From an uncultured delta proteobacterium (GTDB lineage: Bacteria; Desulfobacterota; Desulfobacteria; Desulfobacterales; B30-G6): a DNA stretch of 64,000 nucleotides. Every line of letters begins with the position of its first letter. Position 1 is the stretch's first letter. Below are positions 50,294 through 61,087 of this stretch, piece by piece. The position numbers and the translations under genes were made by a program. A model generated the notes under the pieces. The model was given only the letters and a program-made list of their open reading frames with translations, did not search any database and was not told where the DNA came from. The DNA lies in NCBI GenBank assembly GCA_963823335.1, contig CAWGLD010000001.1, forward strand, positions 672,001 to 736,000. The letters are read 5' to 3'.

Positions 50294-50749
50294 GTGGAGC
50301 CAGAAAAAGTCATAGCAGGAAAATACGTTCTCATCGTCGATGATGAGCAGGATATCCTGGATACCCTTGTTGATATGCTGGACATGTGCAGACTCGATAC
50401 AGCCGCCTCCTTCAGTAAAGCAGAAAAGTTGTTGAAGGAAAATCCGTACGATATTGCCGTTCTTGATATCATGGGGGTGGATGGATACGAACTATTGAAA
50501 ATTGCGAACGGTCAGAATATTCCGGCGGTCATGCTCACCGCTAAGGCCCAAACAAATGACAGCCTGAATCGATTGGCTGAGGAAGGTGCAGCATATTATG
50601 CCCCCAAGGATATGATGCATGAACTTGACATTTTTCTTGCAGATGTTTTTCAGGCTATTGCTGAAGGAAAAAGCTCATGGGAAAAAATGTTAGAGCGTGT
50701 ATGCATTTCTATGACGATGACGTCCATGGAACAACGTGGGGGGGGGTAG
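50294..50749 (+). CDS. Paralogous response regulator; 3' end probably frameshifted
   Basis: LIVDDE, AVLDIMGV, MLTA, YAPK; GGAGG RBS before GTG 50294; a paralog-like tail FYDDDVHGTTW lies in another frame. Confidence 0.8.
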   Translation: MEPEKVIAGKYVLIVDDEQDILDTLVDMLDMCRLDTAASFSKAEKLLKENPYDIAVLDIMGVDGYELLKIANGQNIPAVMLTAKAQTNDSLNRLAEEGAAYYAPKDMMHELDIFLADVFQAIAEGKSSWEKMLERVCISMTMTSMEQRGGG

Positions 50750-50816
50750 CGGAAGGACTTTATAAGGCCATAAGCATACTTCGTCTGCATTTTTTTGGAG
50801 GGGATCAGGAGCAAAT

Positions 50817-52967
50817 ATGCTGAAAACATGGTTTGTTCGATTTGCATATGCTGGATGCAAGGATGGTGATACACCTGAGTTACGACTGCAAAAAGCCATC
50901 TTGGTGGTTATTCCGACGGCCATAAGTATCAGCTGTATATTCTGGTCATTGGCCTATTATTTTTTTCATAAACCCCTATCTGCATCCATTCCCGGTGGTT
51001 ACGCTATTTTTTCAACTTTGAGCATTGCAATATTCTTTCGTACAAAAAACTACACCATCTTTAGATTCAGCCAGATTTTCCTTATTCTGTGGTTACCTTT
51101 TTTATTGCAGGCCAGCCTCGGGGGATTTCGATACGGCAGTGCAGTCCAGGTTTGGGCCATGCTGGCCCCTATTAGTGCGTTAATGTTTCACGGGGTGCGT
51201 CCTGCAAATTACTGGCTTCTGGCGTACCTTGGCATGACAGTTGTTTCCGGCTTACTTGAATCCACCTTTTCTATGCATGTTACACCGTTATCTGAAACCT
51301 TCATTGATGCGTTTTTTGTGTTAAACATTTGCATCGCTTTTTCCATCGTATTTATGAGTGTGCAATATTACGTGACAGAAAATTCCCGGATCCTCAGGGT
51401 GATCAGGGATCAGGCTAAAAAATTGATGGAAATGGATCAGATCAAGAATCGTTTTTTTGCCAATATCTCTCATGAATTTAGAACACCCCTGGCCTTGACT
51501 CTGGGGCCATTGGAAGATGCATTAAATGGTGAGTATGGCAATTTAGGTGAAAAACTCACGCATCAGTTGCAGGTCATGTTACGCAACAGTCGCCGATTGC
51601 TGCGCTTGATCAACCAGTTACTCGATATCAGCAAACTTGAATCCGGGGAAATGCAGCTCAAGTTGAACAATCATGATATCCGCCATTATTTAAAAACTGT
51701 GCACCAGTCTTTTATTCCCTTTGCGGAAAGAAAACGAATTAGTTTTGAATTTGATAGCAAAGGCGGTACGTTGAATGCCCAGTACGATAAGGAAAAAATG
51801 GATAAAGTGATCAATAACCTGTTATCCAATGCGTTTAAGTTCACACCCCAAGGTGGACACATCAAGTTGTCGGTAAAGGATGTCCGTCAGGATGAGCTGG
51901 ACTATACAGAGATCACTGTTAAAGATAATGGTGCCGGTATTTCCAGCGAGAATATCGACAAAGTGTTTGATCGTTTTTATCAGGTTGATGGCTCTTCAAC
52001 ACGAGAGCATGAAGGAACCGGTATTGGGCTTTCGCTGGTCAAGGAACTTGTGGAACTGCATCACGGAACTCTCGAGCTAAAGAGTGAGCCCGGATTTGGC
52101 AGTGAGTTCAAAATATTACTTCCACATGTACAGAATATCAAGGAGTTAGATACGCGTATTGAAAAAGATCCTGACTATCAGGGCAACACCCATGTTGAAC
52201 TGGCCAGTATTGATTCAGCACCTGATTTTATTGTGTCGTCACAAACACAGGTGCTGAATCAATCGAACAGTTTCCCACGGGTATTGGTCGTTGATGATAA
52301 TAAAGACATTCGCCAGTATGTCAGTAATTGTCTTTTAACTTCTTACCAGGTGTTCACTGCTTGTGATGGCAGCCAGGGTCTGCAGCAAGTAAAACAGCAC
52401 CACCCTGATCTGATCATTAGTGACATCATGATGCCTGGAATGGATGGTTATGAATTTTGTCGAAATTTGAAAGACAACAGCGACACTCGGCATATTCCAC
52501 TTATATTTCTAACCGCCAAAGCCTCCAATGAAATGCTGATCGAGGGTCTCAACCTGGGAGCAGATGACTATTTGGTGAAACCTTTTAACTCAAAAGAACT
52601 ACTGGCAAGAGTGAACAATCTTATTACCTTGAAACAACAGGAAAAGGCACTCATAGAACTCAACAGTGCATTGGAAAAGCAGGGCATAGATTATGTCATG
52701 CGTTCAAGAATAGGGATACACCAGGACTACGTCACCGTCGGTAATTTTGGCTCGAGGAATTTGATGGAATATACAGCTGTAGGGCGCGGTGTCAATCTTG
52801 CCAGTCGTCTGGAAAGTTCCTGTACGCCCGGCAATCTCAAGGTCAGTCAGACGATTTATTCACTGGCCCGGGATCAATTCCCTTTCGGCCCATTACAAGA
52901 AGAGCAATTCAGGGGCTTTAATCGGAAAATTAGCGTCAGCGAATTGAATCCGATCTCTTATTTGTGA
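50817..52967 (+). CDS. Membrane hybrid histidine kinase (TM-HisKA-HATPase-REC) with a C-terminal half of a class III cyclase domain
   Basis: ISHEFRTPL, NLLSNAFKF, DNGAG, GTGIGL, SDIMMP; tail RIGIH...VGNFGS..EYTAVG.GVNLASRLES. Confidence 0.88.
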   Translation: MLKTWFVRFAYAGCKDGDTPELRLQKAILVVIPTAISISCIFWSLAYYFFHKPLSASIPGGYAIFSTLSIAIFFRTKNYTIFRFSQIFLILWLPFLLQASLGGFRYGSAVQVWAMLAPISALMFHGVRPANYWLLAYLGMTVVSGLLESTFSMHVTPLSETFIDAFFVLNICIAFSIVFMSVQYYVTENSRILRVIRDQAKKLMEMDQIKNRFFANISHEFRTPLALTLGPLEDALNGEYGNLGEKLTHQLQVMLRNSRRLLRLINQLLDISKLESGEMQLKLNNHDIRHYLKTVHQSFIPFAERKRISFEFDSKGGTLNAQYDKEKMDKVINNLLSNAFKFTPQGGHIKLSVKDVRQDELDYTEITVKDNGAGISSENIDKVFDRFYQVDGSSTREHEGTGIGLSLVKELVELHHGTLELKSEPGFGSEFKILLPHVQNIKELDTRIEKDPDYQGNTHVELASIDSAPDFIVSSQTQVLNQSNSFPRVLVVDDNKDIRQYVSNCLLTSYQVFTACDGSQGLQQVKQHHPDLIISDIMMPGMDGYEFCRNLKDNSDTRHIPLIFLTAKASNEMLIEGLNLGADDYLVKPFNSKELLARVNNLITLKQQEKALIELNSALEKQGIDYVMRSRIGIHQDYVTVGNFGSRNLMEYTAVGRGVNLASRLESSCTPGNLKVSQTIYSLARDQFPFGPLQEEQFRGFNRKISVSELNPISYL

Positions 52968-53079
52968 CATTTTATTACATTGAAATCATCTTTCATTTCT
53001 ACTATACATAAAATCGATTAACACTCTTATGACAAGCGACGTTGTCGCCCATACGAACAGCAAGCAGGAGACGGTACAG

Positions 53080-53742
53080 ATGAAGAAATGGCGTTGCACG
53101 GTCTGTGGTTATATCCACGACGGGGATGAACCCCCTGAAAAATGCCCGGTTTGCGGTGCAGACAAAAGCCTGTTCGAAGAAATCATAGAAGAAGCACCCG
53201 CAGAACAACCGGATTCAAAAACAGCGCAAGAGAAAACAACCCAGGCACCCGCTGCGCCCGAAAGTATGGATCCAGAGCCCGAACCCAAAACCGTTTTCGA
53301 CCGGCTTTTCCGATTCAAGATTCAGATGATGCTCAAACACCACGCCCATCCTGTCTCCGTCCATATCCCCAATGGAGTCTTGCCCGTCTCCTTTGTCTTG
53401 ATGATCCTCAGCACCCTGACCGGCGCCACCTCCCTGGCAACGGCTGCCCATATCAATATGGTCTTCGTGGTCCTGACACTCCCTTTTGTTTTGTTCTCAG
53501 GTTATATCGAATGGCAACACCGTTACAAGGGTCTGCGCTCGTCCCGTTTCATCACAAAAATCATCTGTGCCGGCATCGTGACCGTCACGTCCGTGCTTCT
53601 GGTGCTCTGGTGGGTTTCCGACCCTGGTATCCTGCAGACAGCCTCTCTGGCGCGTATGGCCTTTCTCTTCATCGGCCTGATCATGCTGACGGCGGCGGCG
53701 ATCGCCGGATGGATCGGCGGGAAGCTGGTGTTTAAAGATTAG
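53080..53742 (+). CDS. Rubredoxin-like domain fused to a DUF2231-like His-containing membrane domain
   Basis: [10 protein letters not shown]...[14 protein letters not shown] and about four TM helices; AGGAG RBS. Confidence 0.82.
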   Translation: MKKWRCTVCGYIHDGDEPPEKCPVCGADKSLFEEIIEEAPAEQPDSKTAQEKTTQAPAAPESMDPEPEPKTVFDRLFRFKIQMMLKHHAHPVSVHIPNGVLPVSFVLMILSTLTGATSLATAAHINMVFVVLTLPFVLFSGYIEWQHRYKGLRSSRFITKIICAGIVTVTSVLLVLWWVSDPGILQTASLARMAFLFIGLIMLTAAAIAGWIGGKLVFKD

Positions 53743-53771
53743 AATCAACGCCTGAACCGTTGATTCTAATC
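53737..53771. terminator. 14-bp stem hairpin overlapping the stop codon
   Basis: GATTAGAATCAACG-7 nt-CGTTGATTCTAATC. Confidence 0.5.
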
Positions 53772-53890
53772 AGGGTTCGAGGGTGATACAAGGGTGATAA
53801 GAGGGTTGGAGGGTGGCTGACAGCCGTGAGCGAAAGCAACCCAACGAACCCAATAAACGCAACAAACACAACAAACTATAGGCTATCCGT

Positions 53891-55579
53891 ATGTATGAAC
53901 TCACCGAGTCTCAAAAAGCCAGACACGCTATCCGCGAATTCAAGACCATTACGGATGCCCTGGCCTTGAGGGGATTCTATCGGCCATCGGGCAAGTTTGG
54001 CAAGGCCCTTGAAAGCTGTCTTAAAAACCTGAGCCCTGAAATCTACGGCTCCATGAACGATCCCCGGGTCGTGGAGTTAAAGGGTCTGGAATATGTCATC
54101 GATCGATTGCCACGCGGTATCGAAGCGTGTACGAAAATTATTCTGACCGAGGAAAATCCACCCCAAAACAGTGCCTTCGAGAGAATCGAACCCCTGAAAC
54201 GACGCAGAACATCCTATCGGGTCAGCAGCCGTGAGGTCTGCATGGTCATTTCGCGAGGAATAAGCGAAATTTATGATATCCTGACGCACATGACATTTCT
54301 TTTTTCCGAGGCCAAAAAGATTCACACCCGCATGAAAGACGACTCGGACGATATCTCCATGGAGTGGAGCGCGCTCAAGCATACCGTCGAGCATCTTGAC
54401 GAACTCAACGACATGCAACTGGATCAGGCCCTCTGGAATCTCAGCATCATCCTGGGCAGATCTTATCGGGAAACCAAAGACACCTTTACTTATCTTGAAG
54501 ACAACAAACAACGCTCCGGCAGTAACAACGGGCTGTTCTCATTGATCTTCCACCTCGGAAAACTCATCGAGGATGAAAGCATCTCCCGGGAAAACGCCCT
54601 GGTGATTTACCTGCAGCCATCCCTGATGAATATCATCGGCCAGCAGCGATACGGAAGAATGTGGGCCGAGGACATAAAGGCCAAGCTGCTGTCCATGGAT
54701 CTCCTGAAACGACCTGTCCACATTATCAGCGCCAACCTGCACAGTACGGTCAATCTGTTATACGGTTTTGCCGCCATCGACAAAAACAAAACCATGTCCA
54801 TGGAAGACGACCTGTACCGGTTCATCCAACAGATTCGAACCATCAGCGAAGAAATCAACGTCTATGGTGAGACACATGGGTTGACCACGGTGCGTGATCG
54901 TTCCGGGACCCATATCGATTGTCAGATCATCGATTCCGCACAATTCAAATCACTCCCTTTTCACCCGGAGATCTCCATCGCCTTGCCCGATTCCGACCAG
55001 GAACACCCGGTCATTATCGTTATAGATTACGCATTTGGGGCCCAGGCTTTCGAACTCATGGAAAATCTGCTCAAACCGCTCAAAGATGGTGACACAAATG
55101 TCCACTTGAATATCCAATCCATCTCCATCATGGGAAAAGCCGGCATCCTCTCCGGGAAAAAAGGGGACATCATGCTGGCCACGGCCCATGTATTCGAGGG
55201 CACTTCGGACAACTACATTTTTGAGAACGATTTGCATGCACCTGCGTTTGACCCCACCGTGGATGTGTACACGGGTCCCATGGTGACGGTGTTGGGAACC
55301 TCTCTCCAGAACCGGGACGTACTGCACAAATTTCTGGAAGACTGGAAAACGGTCGGATTGGAGATGGAAGGTGGACACTACCAGCGGGCCATCAGCGCTG
55401 CCATCATCAAAGGTAACATCTCCAAGGATATCACCCTGCGTTATGCATATTATGGCTCTGACAATCCATTGATGACTGGTCATACGTTGGCCGCCGGCGC
55501 CATGGGAGAAGAAGGCGTCAAGCCGACCTATATGATCACCAAGGTGTTGCTGGAAAAAATATTTTATTCCGCCAAGTAG
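53891..55579 (+). CDS. Conserved protein of unknown function (DUF6909-like) with a nucleoside phosphorylase-like C-terminal domain
   Basis: PEIYGS, IISANLHS, DYAFG.QA, SIMGKAG, TVLGTSLQN, LEMEGGHY; family assignment from recall. Confidence 0.65.
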   Translation: MYELTESQKARHAIREFKTITDALALRGFYRPSGKFGKALESCLKNLSPEIYGSMNDPRVVELKGLEYVIDRLPRGIEACTKIILTEENPPQNSAFERIEPLKRRRTSYRVSSREVCMVISRGISEIYDILTHMTFLFSEAKKIHTRMKDDSDDISMEWSALKHTVEHLDELNDMQLDQALWNLSIILGRSYRETKDTFTYLEDNKQRSGSNNGLFSLIFHLGKLIEDESISRENALVIYLQPSLMNIIGQQRYGRMWAEDIKAKLLSMDLLKRPVHIISANLHSTVNLLYGFAAIDKNKTMSMEDDLYRFIQQIRTISEEINVYGETHGLTTVRDRSGTHIDCQIIDSAQFKSLPFHPEISIALPDSDQEHPVIIVIDYAFGAQAFELMENLLKPLKDGDTNVHLNIQSISIMGKAGILSGKKGDIMLATAHVFEGTSDNYIFENDLHAPAFDPTVDVYTGPMVTVLGTSLQNRDVLHKFLEDWKTVGLEMEGGHYQRAISAAIIKGNISKDITLRYAYYGSDNPLMTGHTLAAGAMGEEGVKPTYMITKVLLEKIFYSAK

Positions 55580-55669
55580 GCCGATGTTCTATGTTCATTG
55601 AGTTTCTTGGGTTTTTTGAGTTGTATCTGGTTGTGAGCGTATAGCAAAAGAAATACAAACCCAATGAAC

Positions 55670-57331
55670 TCAAAGAACCGATTTCCGCATTTCTTTCAAT
55701 GTATTGATCAGCCCGTTCGTTGACGAATCATGTGTTGCGACCCGCTGATTGTCCTGCAGCTCCGGCAGAATTTTATTGGCCAGTTGCTTACCGAGCGCCA
55801 CCCCCCACTGATCAAAACTGAAGATGTTCCAGATAATGCCCTGGACGAATATTTTATGCTCGTACAGGGCGATCAACTGTCCCAGAACACGCGGTGTCAA
55901 CTGCTTGAACAAGATCGAGTTGGTGGGTTGGTTTCCTTTAAAAACTTTATGCGGGACGCATCGCTTGAGGTCTTCTTCGTCTTTTCCCGCGGCTCTCATT
56001 TCCGCGGCCACCACCTCTTCGGTTTTACCGTTCATGAGGGCCTCTGTCTGAGCAAAAAAATTGGACAAAAGGATCGCATGATGATCACCCACAGGATTAT
56101 GCGTGATGGCGGGTGCCAGGAAATCCGAAGGCACCAGCCGGGTTCCCTGGTGAATCAGCTGGTAAAAAGCATGCTGGCCGTTGGTGCCTGGTTCTCCCCA
56201 TACGATGGGTCCTGTCCGGCAGGTGACCGCCCTGCCGTTTCTGTCGATGGACTTGCCATTGCTTTCCATGTTAGCCTGTTGAAGATAGGCCGGAAACCGA
56301 TGCATGTACTGGTCATAGGGTAGAACGGCTTCGGTTTCGGCACCAAAGAAGTTATTGTACCAGAGATGAACCAATGCCAGGACAACCGGAAGATTGACCT
56401 CAAACCGGGCCGTTCGGAAATGCCGGTCCATGTCATAACCTCCCTCCAGCAAGGCTTGATAGTTTTCAAAACCGATACTGCAGGCGATGGACAGCCCGAT
56501 GGCTGACCAGAGCGAATACCTGCCGCCGACCCAGTCCCAGAAACGAAACATGTTGTCCGGGTGAATACCGAATTTTTCGATTGCCGGCTGGTTGGTGGAA
56601 ATCGCCACAAAGTGTCTGGCGATATGCGCTTTATCCCCGGCCCGAGACAGAAACCACTTCCTGGCCGACTCGGCATTGGTCATGGTCTCCTGGGTGGTAA
56701 ACGTTTTTGAAGCGATCAGGAACAAGGTGGTTTCCGGATCCAAACCTTTCAAGGTCTCTGTGATGTGGGTGCCATCGACATTGGAAATAAAATGAACCGA
56801 CAGGCCCGGTCTGGCATACGGCTTCAGACACTCGGTCACCATCCGGGGACCCAGATCCGAACCACCGATCCCTATATTCACGATGTCCGCGATTTTTTTT
56901 CCGGAATACCCCCGCCAATCGCCGGTGTTGACGCTGATTGAAAAGGCACGCATCTGTGCCAGAACGGCATTCACGTCCGGCATGACATCCTGGCCATCGA
57001 CCATCATGGGACGATTGCCCCTGTTCCTCAGGGCCACATGAAGCACGGCCCTGCTTTCGGTTTCATTGATGCTGTCACCCTGAAACATTTTTTCGATGGC
57101 ATCCGCCAGGTGAACCTCTTCTGCAAGCTGGAAGAGCAGGCCCAGGGTCTTTTCCGTTATGCGGTTTTTGGAATAGTCCACGAGAATGTCCTTGAATCGA
57201 ATGGAGAATTTTTCAAATCGCCGGGGGTCCGAATGGAAGAGGTCTATCATGTGGGTGTCTTTAATTTCTTCAAAATGGGACGCCAGCGCCTGCCAGCTCA
57301 TTGTTCGGGTGGGGTCTGTTTTTTCCAGCAT
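55670..57331 (-). CDS. pgi: Glucose-6-phosphate isomerase
   Basis: [46 protein letters not shown]. Confidence 0.97.
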   Translation of the reverse strand: MLEKTDPTRTMSWQALASHFEEIKDTHMIDLFHSDPRRFEKFSIRFKDILVDYSKNRITEKTLGLLFQLAEEVHLADAIEKMFQGDSINETESRAVLHVALRNRGNRPMMVDGQDVMPDVNAVLAQMRAFSISVNTGDWRGYSGKKIADIVNIGIGGSDLGPRMVTECLKPYARPGLSVHFISNVDGTHITETLKGLDPETTLFLIASKTFTTQETMTNAESARKWFLSRAGDKAHIARHFVAISTNQPAIEKFGIHPDNMFRFWDWVGGRYSLWSAIGLSIACSIGFENYQALLEGGYDMDRHFRTARFEVNLPVVLALVHLWYNNFFGAETEAVLPYDQYMHRFPAYLQQANMESNGKSIDRNGRAVTCRTGPIVWGEPGTNGQHAFYQLIHQGTRLVPSDFLAPAITHNPVGDHHAILLSNFFAQTEALMNGKTEEVVAAEMRAAGKDEEDLKRCVPHKVFKGNQPTNSILFKQLTPRVLGQLIALYEHKIFVQGIIWNIFSFDQWGVALGKQLANKILPELQDNQRVATHDSSTNGLINTLKEMRKSVL

Positions 57332-57513
57332 TGCAACACCTGTCCAGGTTGATGGAGATATCAGTATTTTGTTGACGGGCTCAAGAGATTTCCTGTACAT
57401 TACTGTACATTATATGGTTGTAATCCCCCTTGAGGGGATACTTGTCATAAAGATGTTCCGAATAAGGCCCTCGATACAGGAGTATCCGGAGCATATCACT
57501 CCGACAATTAAAT

Positions 57514-58089
57514 ATGATGGATCATTATTTCATGAAATACGGCCAGATACTTATGGGTACCCTATTCTGTCTTCTTGTTCAACAGAATATCCATGCTCAA
57601 ACCCTCTATACATGGAAAGACGCCACGGGCACGATCCATATTTCCAAACACAAACCCCCGGCAGACCAGCCCTTGACAGACCAGCGGCACTATACGACCA
57701 GACTTGCTTCCAAACCGGAAATCAAAACGTCGGCGCCTGCCGAGACAGGCGCTGACACTGTTCTAACAGCAGCCAGACAGGCAAAGCTGGCCAGAGAACA
57801 GGCAGAGAGAGCCAGACGCATTGCTGAAGAGGCCATTCAAGAGGCCACTCAGGTAAGAACGGAAACCGACGCCTTTCTTGAACCCTGGCGAAACAAAACA
57901 CGGATTAGAAAAAACATGCAGCTACAGATCGAAAGCCGCATTCAAAAAGCCAACCAGTCCATTGCCAAAGCAGGCTATCTCATTGATGCCGCCAACGAGG
58001 CCGAACAAATAGCGCAAGCCGCCGAAAATGAAGCCCGAAAAACCCAGGATCATTTTTTTAAAGCCTACAGAGACATCATTACAAATTAG
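57514..58089 (+). CDS. DUF4124-domain exported coiled-coil protein
   Basis: Signal-like N-terminus, LYTWKDATGTIHISKHKPP, Ala/Glu-rich helices. Confidence 0.75.
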   Translation: MMDHYFMKYGQILMGTLFCLLVQQNIHAQTLYTWKDATGTIHISKHKPPADQPLTDQRHYTTRLASKPEIKTSAPAETGADTVLTAARQAKLAREQAERARRIAEEAIQEATQVRTETDAFLEPWRNKTRIRKNMQLQIESRIQKANQSIAKAGYLIDAANEAEQIAQAAENEARKTQDHFFKAYRDIITN

Positions 58090-58233
58090 TGTCCGTCCAG
58101 AAATGAGGATTTTTGCGTGAGATCAAGGCGGACGACAGATTTAAGCCGGAGTAATCGCGTTCAATTTTGAGGAGTTAAATCATGGCGTCCAACGCCGATA
58201 TCGCGGAAAAAAACCATGTGTGGATGGGCACAA
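58087..58233. mobile_element. MITE (~147 bp), same family as 27856-28001
   Basis: TIR GTGTCCGTCCA / TGGATGGGCAC; internal TCAAGGCG, GAGGAGTT and CCAAC motifs in the same order. Confidence 0.65.
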
Positions 58234-58251
58234 AATAGGGAACCACGCAAC

Positions 58252-59988
58252 ATGCAAAAGCACATTTTACCGAAAAACCAGGAAAAAGATACCTCTGTCA
58301 TGGAAAAACCCGAAGCACCACCACCCAACTTCATCCGTAATATCATCGAAGATGATTTCAAAACCAATAAATTCGGCCAGAGAGTAGCGACTCGCTTCCC
58401 ACCAGAACCCAACGGCTATCTGCATATCGGCCATGCCAAGTCCATCTGTCTGAACTTCGGCCTGGCCACCGAAAATAACGGCACATGCAATTTACGATTT
58501 GATGACACCAATCCATCCAAGGAGAACGTCGAATATGTCGACGCCATCCAACAGGATGTGCGCTGGCTTGGCTTCGATTGGGGGAAAAGACGCTTTTTTG
58601 CCTCGGACTATTTCGAACAGCTGTATGCCTATGCCTGCCAGCTCATCCAAAAAGGGAAGGCCTATGTGGACAGCCTGAGTGCCGACGAGACAAAGACCTA
58701 TCGCGGCACACTGACCGAAGTGGGTCAGGAAAGCCCTTATCGCACGCGATCCATCCAAGAAAATCTCGATCTGTTTCAGAGAATGCGCAACGGCGAGTTC
58801 GAAGACGGCGCACATGTTCTGCGCGCTAAAATCGACATGACCCATCCAAATCTCCTGATGCGGGATCCCACACTATATCGAATAAGAAAGATATCTCACC
58901 ACAGGACCGGGGATGCGTGGTGCATATACCCCATGTACGATTTTACCCACTGTCTTTCAGACTCTCTTGAAGGAATCACACATTCCATATGTACCCTCGA
59001 GTTCGAGAACAACCGCCAGTTGTACGATTGGATTCTGGATGCGCTCGAGGTCTATCACCCGCAGCAGATTGAATTCGCACGCCTGAATCTAAGCTATACT
59101 GTCTTGAGTAAGCGACGGCTGATCCAGCTCGTGGAAGAAAAGCATGTCTCAGGATGGGATGATCCGAGACTGTTGACCATTTCCGGTTTGAAAAGACGGG
59201 GGTACACACCCGAAGCCATTCGGAATTTCTGTGAACGCATCGGTGTCGCCCGAAGAGACAGTATGGTGGATATGGCCCTTTTGGAGTACACCATCCGGGA
59301 AGACCTCAATAAGAGAGCCCCACGGGTGATGGGTGTTCTCAATCCTTTGCGGGTGATCATCGACAACTACCCGGAAGGACAGGTGGAAGAAGTCGAGGCG
59401 GAAAACAACCCGGAGGACGCCGGCATGGGTTCGCGTAAGCTGCCCTTCTCCCGGGAGCTGTTCATCGAAAAAGAAGATTTCATGGAAGAGCCACCCAAAA
59501 AATTCTTTCGTTTGGCACCGGGTCGTGAAGTCCGGCTCAAGCATGCCTATTACATTACCTGCCATCATGTGGAAAAGGATACGGCCACCGGAGAAATCCA
59601 GACACTCCACTGTTCCTACGATCCGGCAACACGCGGCGGCTGGTCCGACGACGGCCGAAGGGTCAAGGGAACGCTTCACTGGGTATCTGCTCCGCATGCT
59701 CTGAAAGCAGAGGTCAGACTTTACGAACACCTCTTCAGCAAAGAAAATCCCAATGACCTCAAAGAGGGGCAGAACTTCAAAAATATTTTGAACCCGAAGT
59801 CACTGACGGTGTTGAGCGAGTGCTATGTGGAACCGGGCCTGGCGGCGGCGAAACCCGGGTCCCATTATCAATTTCTGCGGCAGGGATATTTTTGTGTCGA
59901 TACGGTGGACACCACGGAAACCCACCCTGTTTTCAATCGCATTGTAACATTGCGGGATACCTGGGCGAAGATACAGAAGAAGGGTTAA
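58252..59988 (+). CDS. glnS: Glutamine--tRNA ligase (start uncertain, alternative 58300)
   Basis: [48 protein letters not shown]. Confidence 0.97.
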   Translation: MQKHILPKNQEKDTSVMEKPEAPPPNFIRNIIEDDFKTNKFGQRVATRFPPEPNGYLHIGHAKSICLNFGLATENNGTCNLRFDDTNPSKENVEYVDAIQQDVRWLGFDWGKRRFFASDYFEQLYAYACQLIQKGKAYVDSLSADETKTYRGTLTEVGQESPYRTRSIQENLDLFQRMRNGEFEDGAHVLRAKIDMTHPNLLMRDPTLYRIRKISHHRTGDAWCIYPMYDFTHCLSDSLEGITHSICTLEFENNRQLYDWILDALEVYHPQQIEFARLNLSYTVLSKRRLIQLVEEKHVSGWDDPRLLTISGLKRRGYTPEAIRNFCERIGVARRDSMVDMALLEYTIREDLNKRAPRVMGVLNPLRVIIDNYPEGQVEEVEAENNPEDAGMGSRKLPFSRELFIEKEDFMEEPPKKFFRLAPGREVRLKHAYYITCHHVEKDTATGEIQTLHCSYDPATRGGWSDDGRRVKGTLHWVSAPHALKAEVRLYEHLFSKENPNDLKEGQNFKNILNPKSLTVLSECYVEPGLAAAKPGSHYQFLRQGYFCVDTVDTTETHPVFNRIVTLRDTWAKIQKKG

Positions 59989-60228
59989 AGGGGTGCAGGG
60001 TTAAGGGTTTTAAGGGTAAGCTCACTGACTAACGCTGATAGCGGCCTTGTAGTTTTACACCTCCCAGGCATACTCGACGCTTTCAGCTGATGGCGCCCCC
60101 CCTCTCACACCCTCAAAACCTTGTATGCTGGGAAACGTGGATGCTTGGAGGCGGGGATGCCGCTGTCTGCTCACAGCTGTCGGCCACCCTCCAACCCTTG
60201 CATCCCCCTCGAACCCTAGACCCTTCTA

Positions 60229-61077
60229 TTAAAATACGATACCGACATACCCCACAAAACTGTCTCCCGGACGCTTGTCGTAACTGGTGGCATAAGCAGT
60301 TTGTGTTGCCGTGGCCGCTCCCAGGGCTTTACCTGCAGCCATGGCTGCAGCAGCCGCTCCGGAACAGCACGCGTTCTGATTCGTCAGGGCTTCCTCAATT
60401 ACCCCTGAGGGATTCATGGTCAGCATGGCTTCGATGATCCTGCGATCATTCTCATTCCGGACCCACTTCACGGCTGACGTGCCCGTCCCCTCTGGAATAA
60501 ACCCGTAATCAAAACCGTAGTGCGTTAGATCCGTGGATCCGATAACCCTGGCACAAATACCAAGATCAGATGATATTTCTGCTGCAGCTTTGCCGATCTC
60601 CAGAGATGTCTTCTTGGGTGGCAATCCCATGGGGACAATCTTGGCCTTCGGGAAAAAATATTTAATGAAAGGCAATTGCAGTTCGATGGTGTTGTCTTTG
60701 GTGTGGTTATGGGCTGTTTCCATGCGGAATGGAAATCTTTCGGTCAGGCGTCGGGCAAGTTCCGTTTCAATGGCAAGATCACCAAAGGGTGTTTCCCAAG
60801 CCCCTTCCATCATGATGTAGTTGGGCGAAGAAGGGTGGAGATGCATGCCGAATAAAATGAACACATCGGGCGGCGTGCCTGTTTTGAGTGCCTGAATCAC
60901 ATGGCAGGCGATTGCCCCTGAAAAATACCAGCCGGCGTGTGGCACGATACCGCCAACCCATGGACCGCTTGGAATTTCAAGCGCTTTTAAACCCAAAAAC
61001 TGCTTGATTTCGCGCTCACAGGCTTCGGGAATGTCTGGATACCAGCTTCCAGCAAACGAGGCTCTGCGCACAGTCAT
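60229..61077 (-). CDS. amrB: MEMO1-family protein (AmmeMemoRadiSam protein B)
   Basis: FAGSWYP, VPHAGW..SG, WETPFG, IELQLPF, STDLTHYG, VGY. Confidence 0.88.
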   Translation of the reverse strand: MTVRRASFAGSWYPDIPEACEREIKQFLGLKALEIPSGPWVGGIVPHAGWYFSGAIACHVIQALKTGTPPDVFILFGMHLHPSSPNYIMMEGAWETPFGDLAIETELARRLTERFPFRMETAHNHTKDNTIELQLPFIKYFFPKAKIVPMGLPPKKTSLEIGKAAAEISSDLGICARVIGSTDLTHYGFDYGFIPEGTGTSAVKWVRNENDRRIIEAMLTMNPSGVIEEALTNQNACCSGAAAAAMAAGKALGAATATQTAYATSYDKRPGDSFVGYVGIVF

Positions 61078-61087
61078 GTTACCCACC

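Noticed and set aside
58216-58251. ORF-track N-terminal extensions of glnS (also proS, aguB, pgi, hypA, the ATP-grasp gene and the saccharopine-DH-like gene)
   Set aside because: They run into repeats, promoters or neighbouring genes; downstream starts fit homology and RBS better
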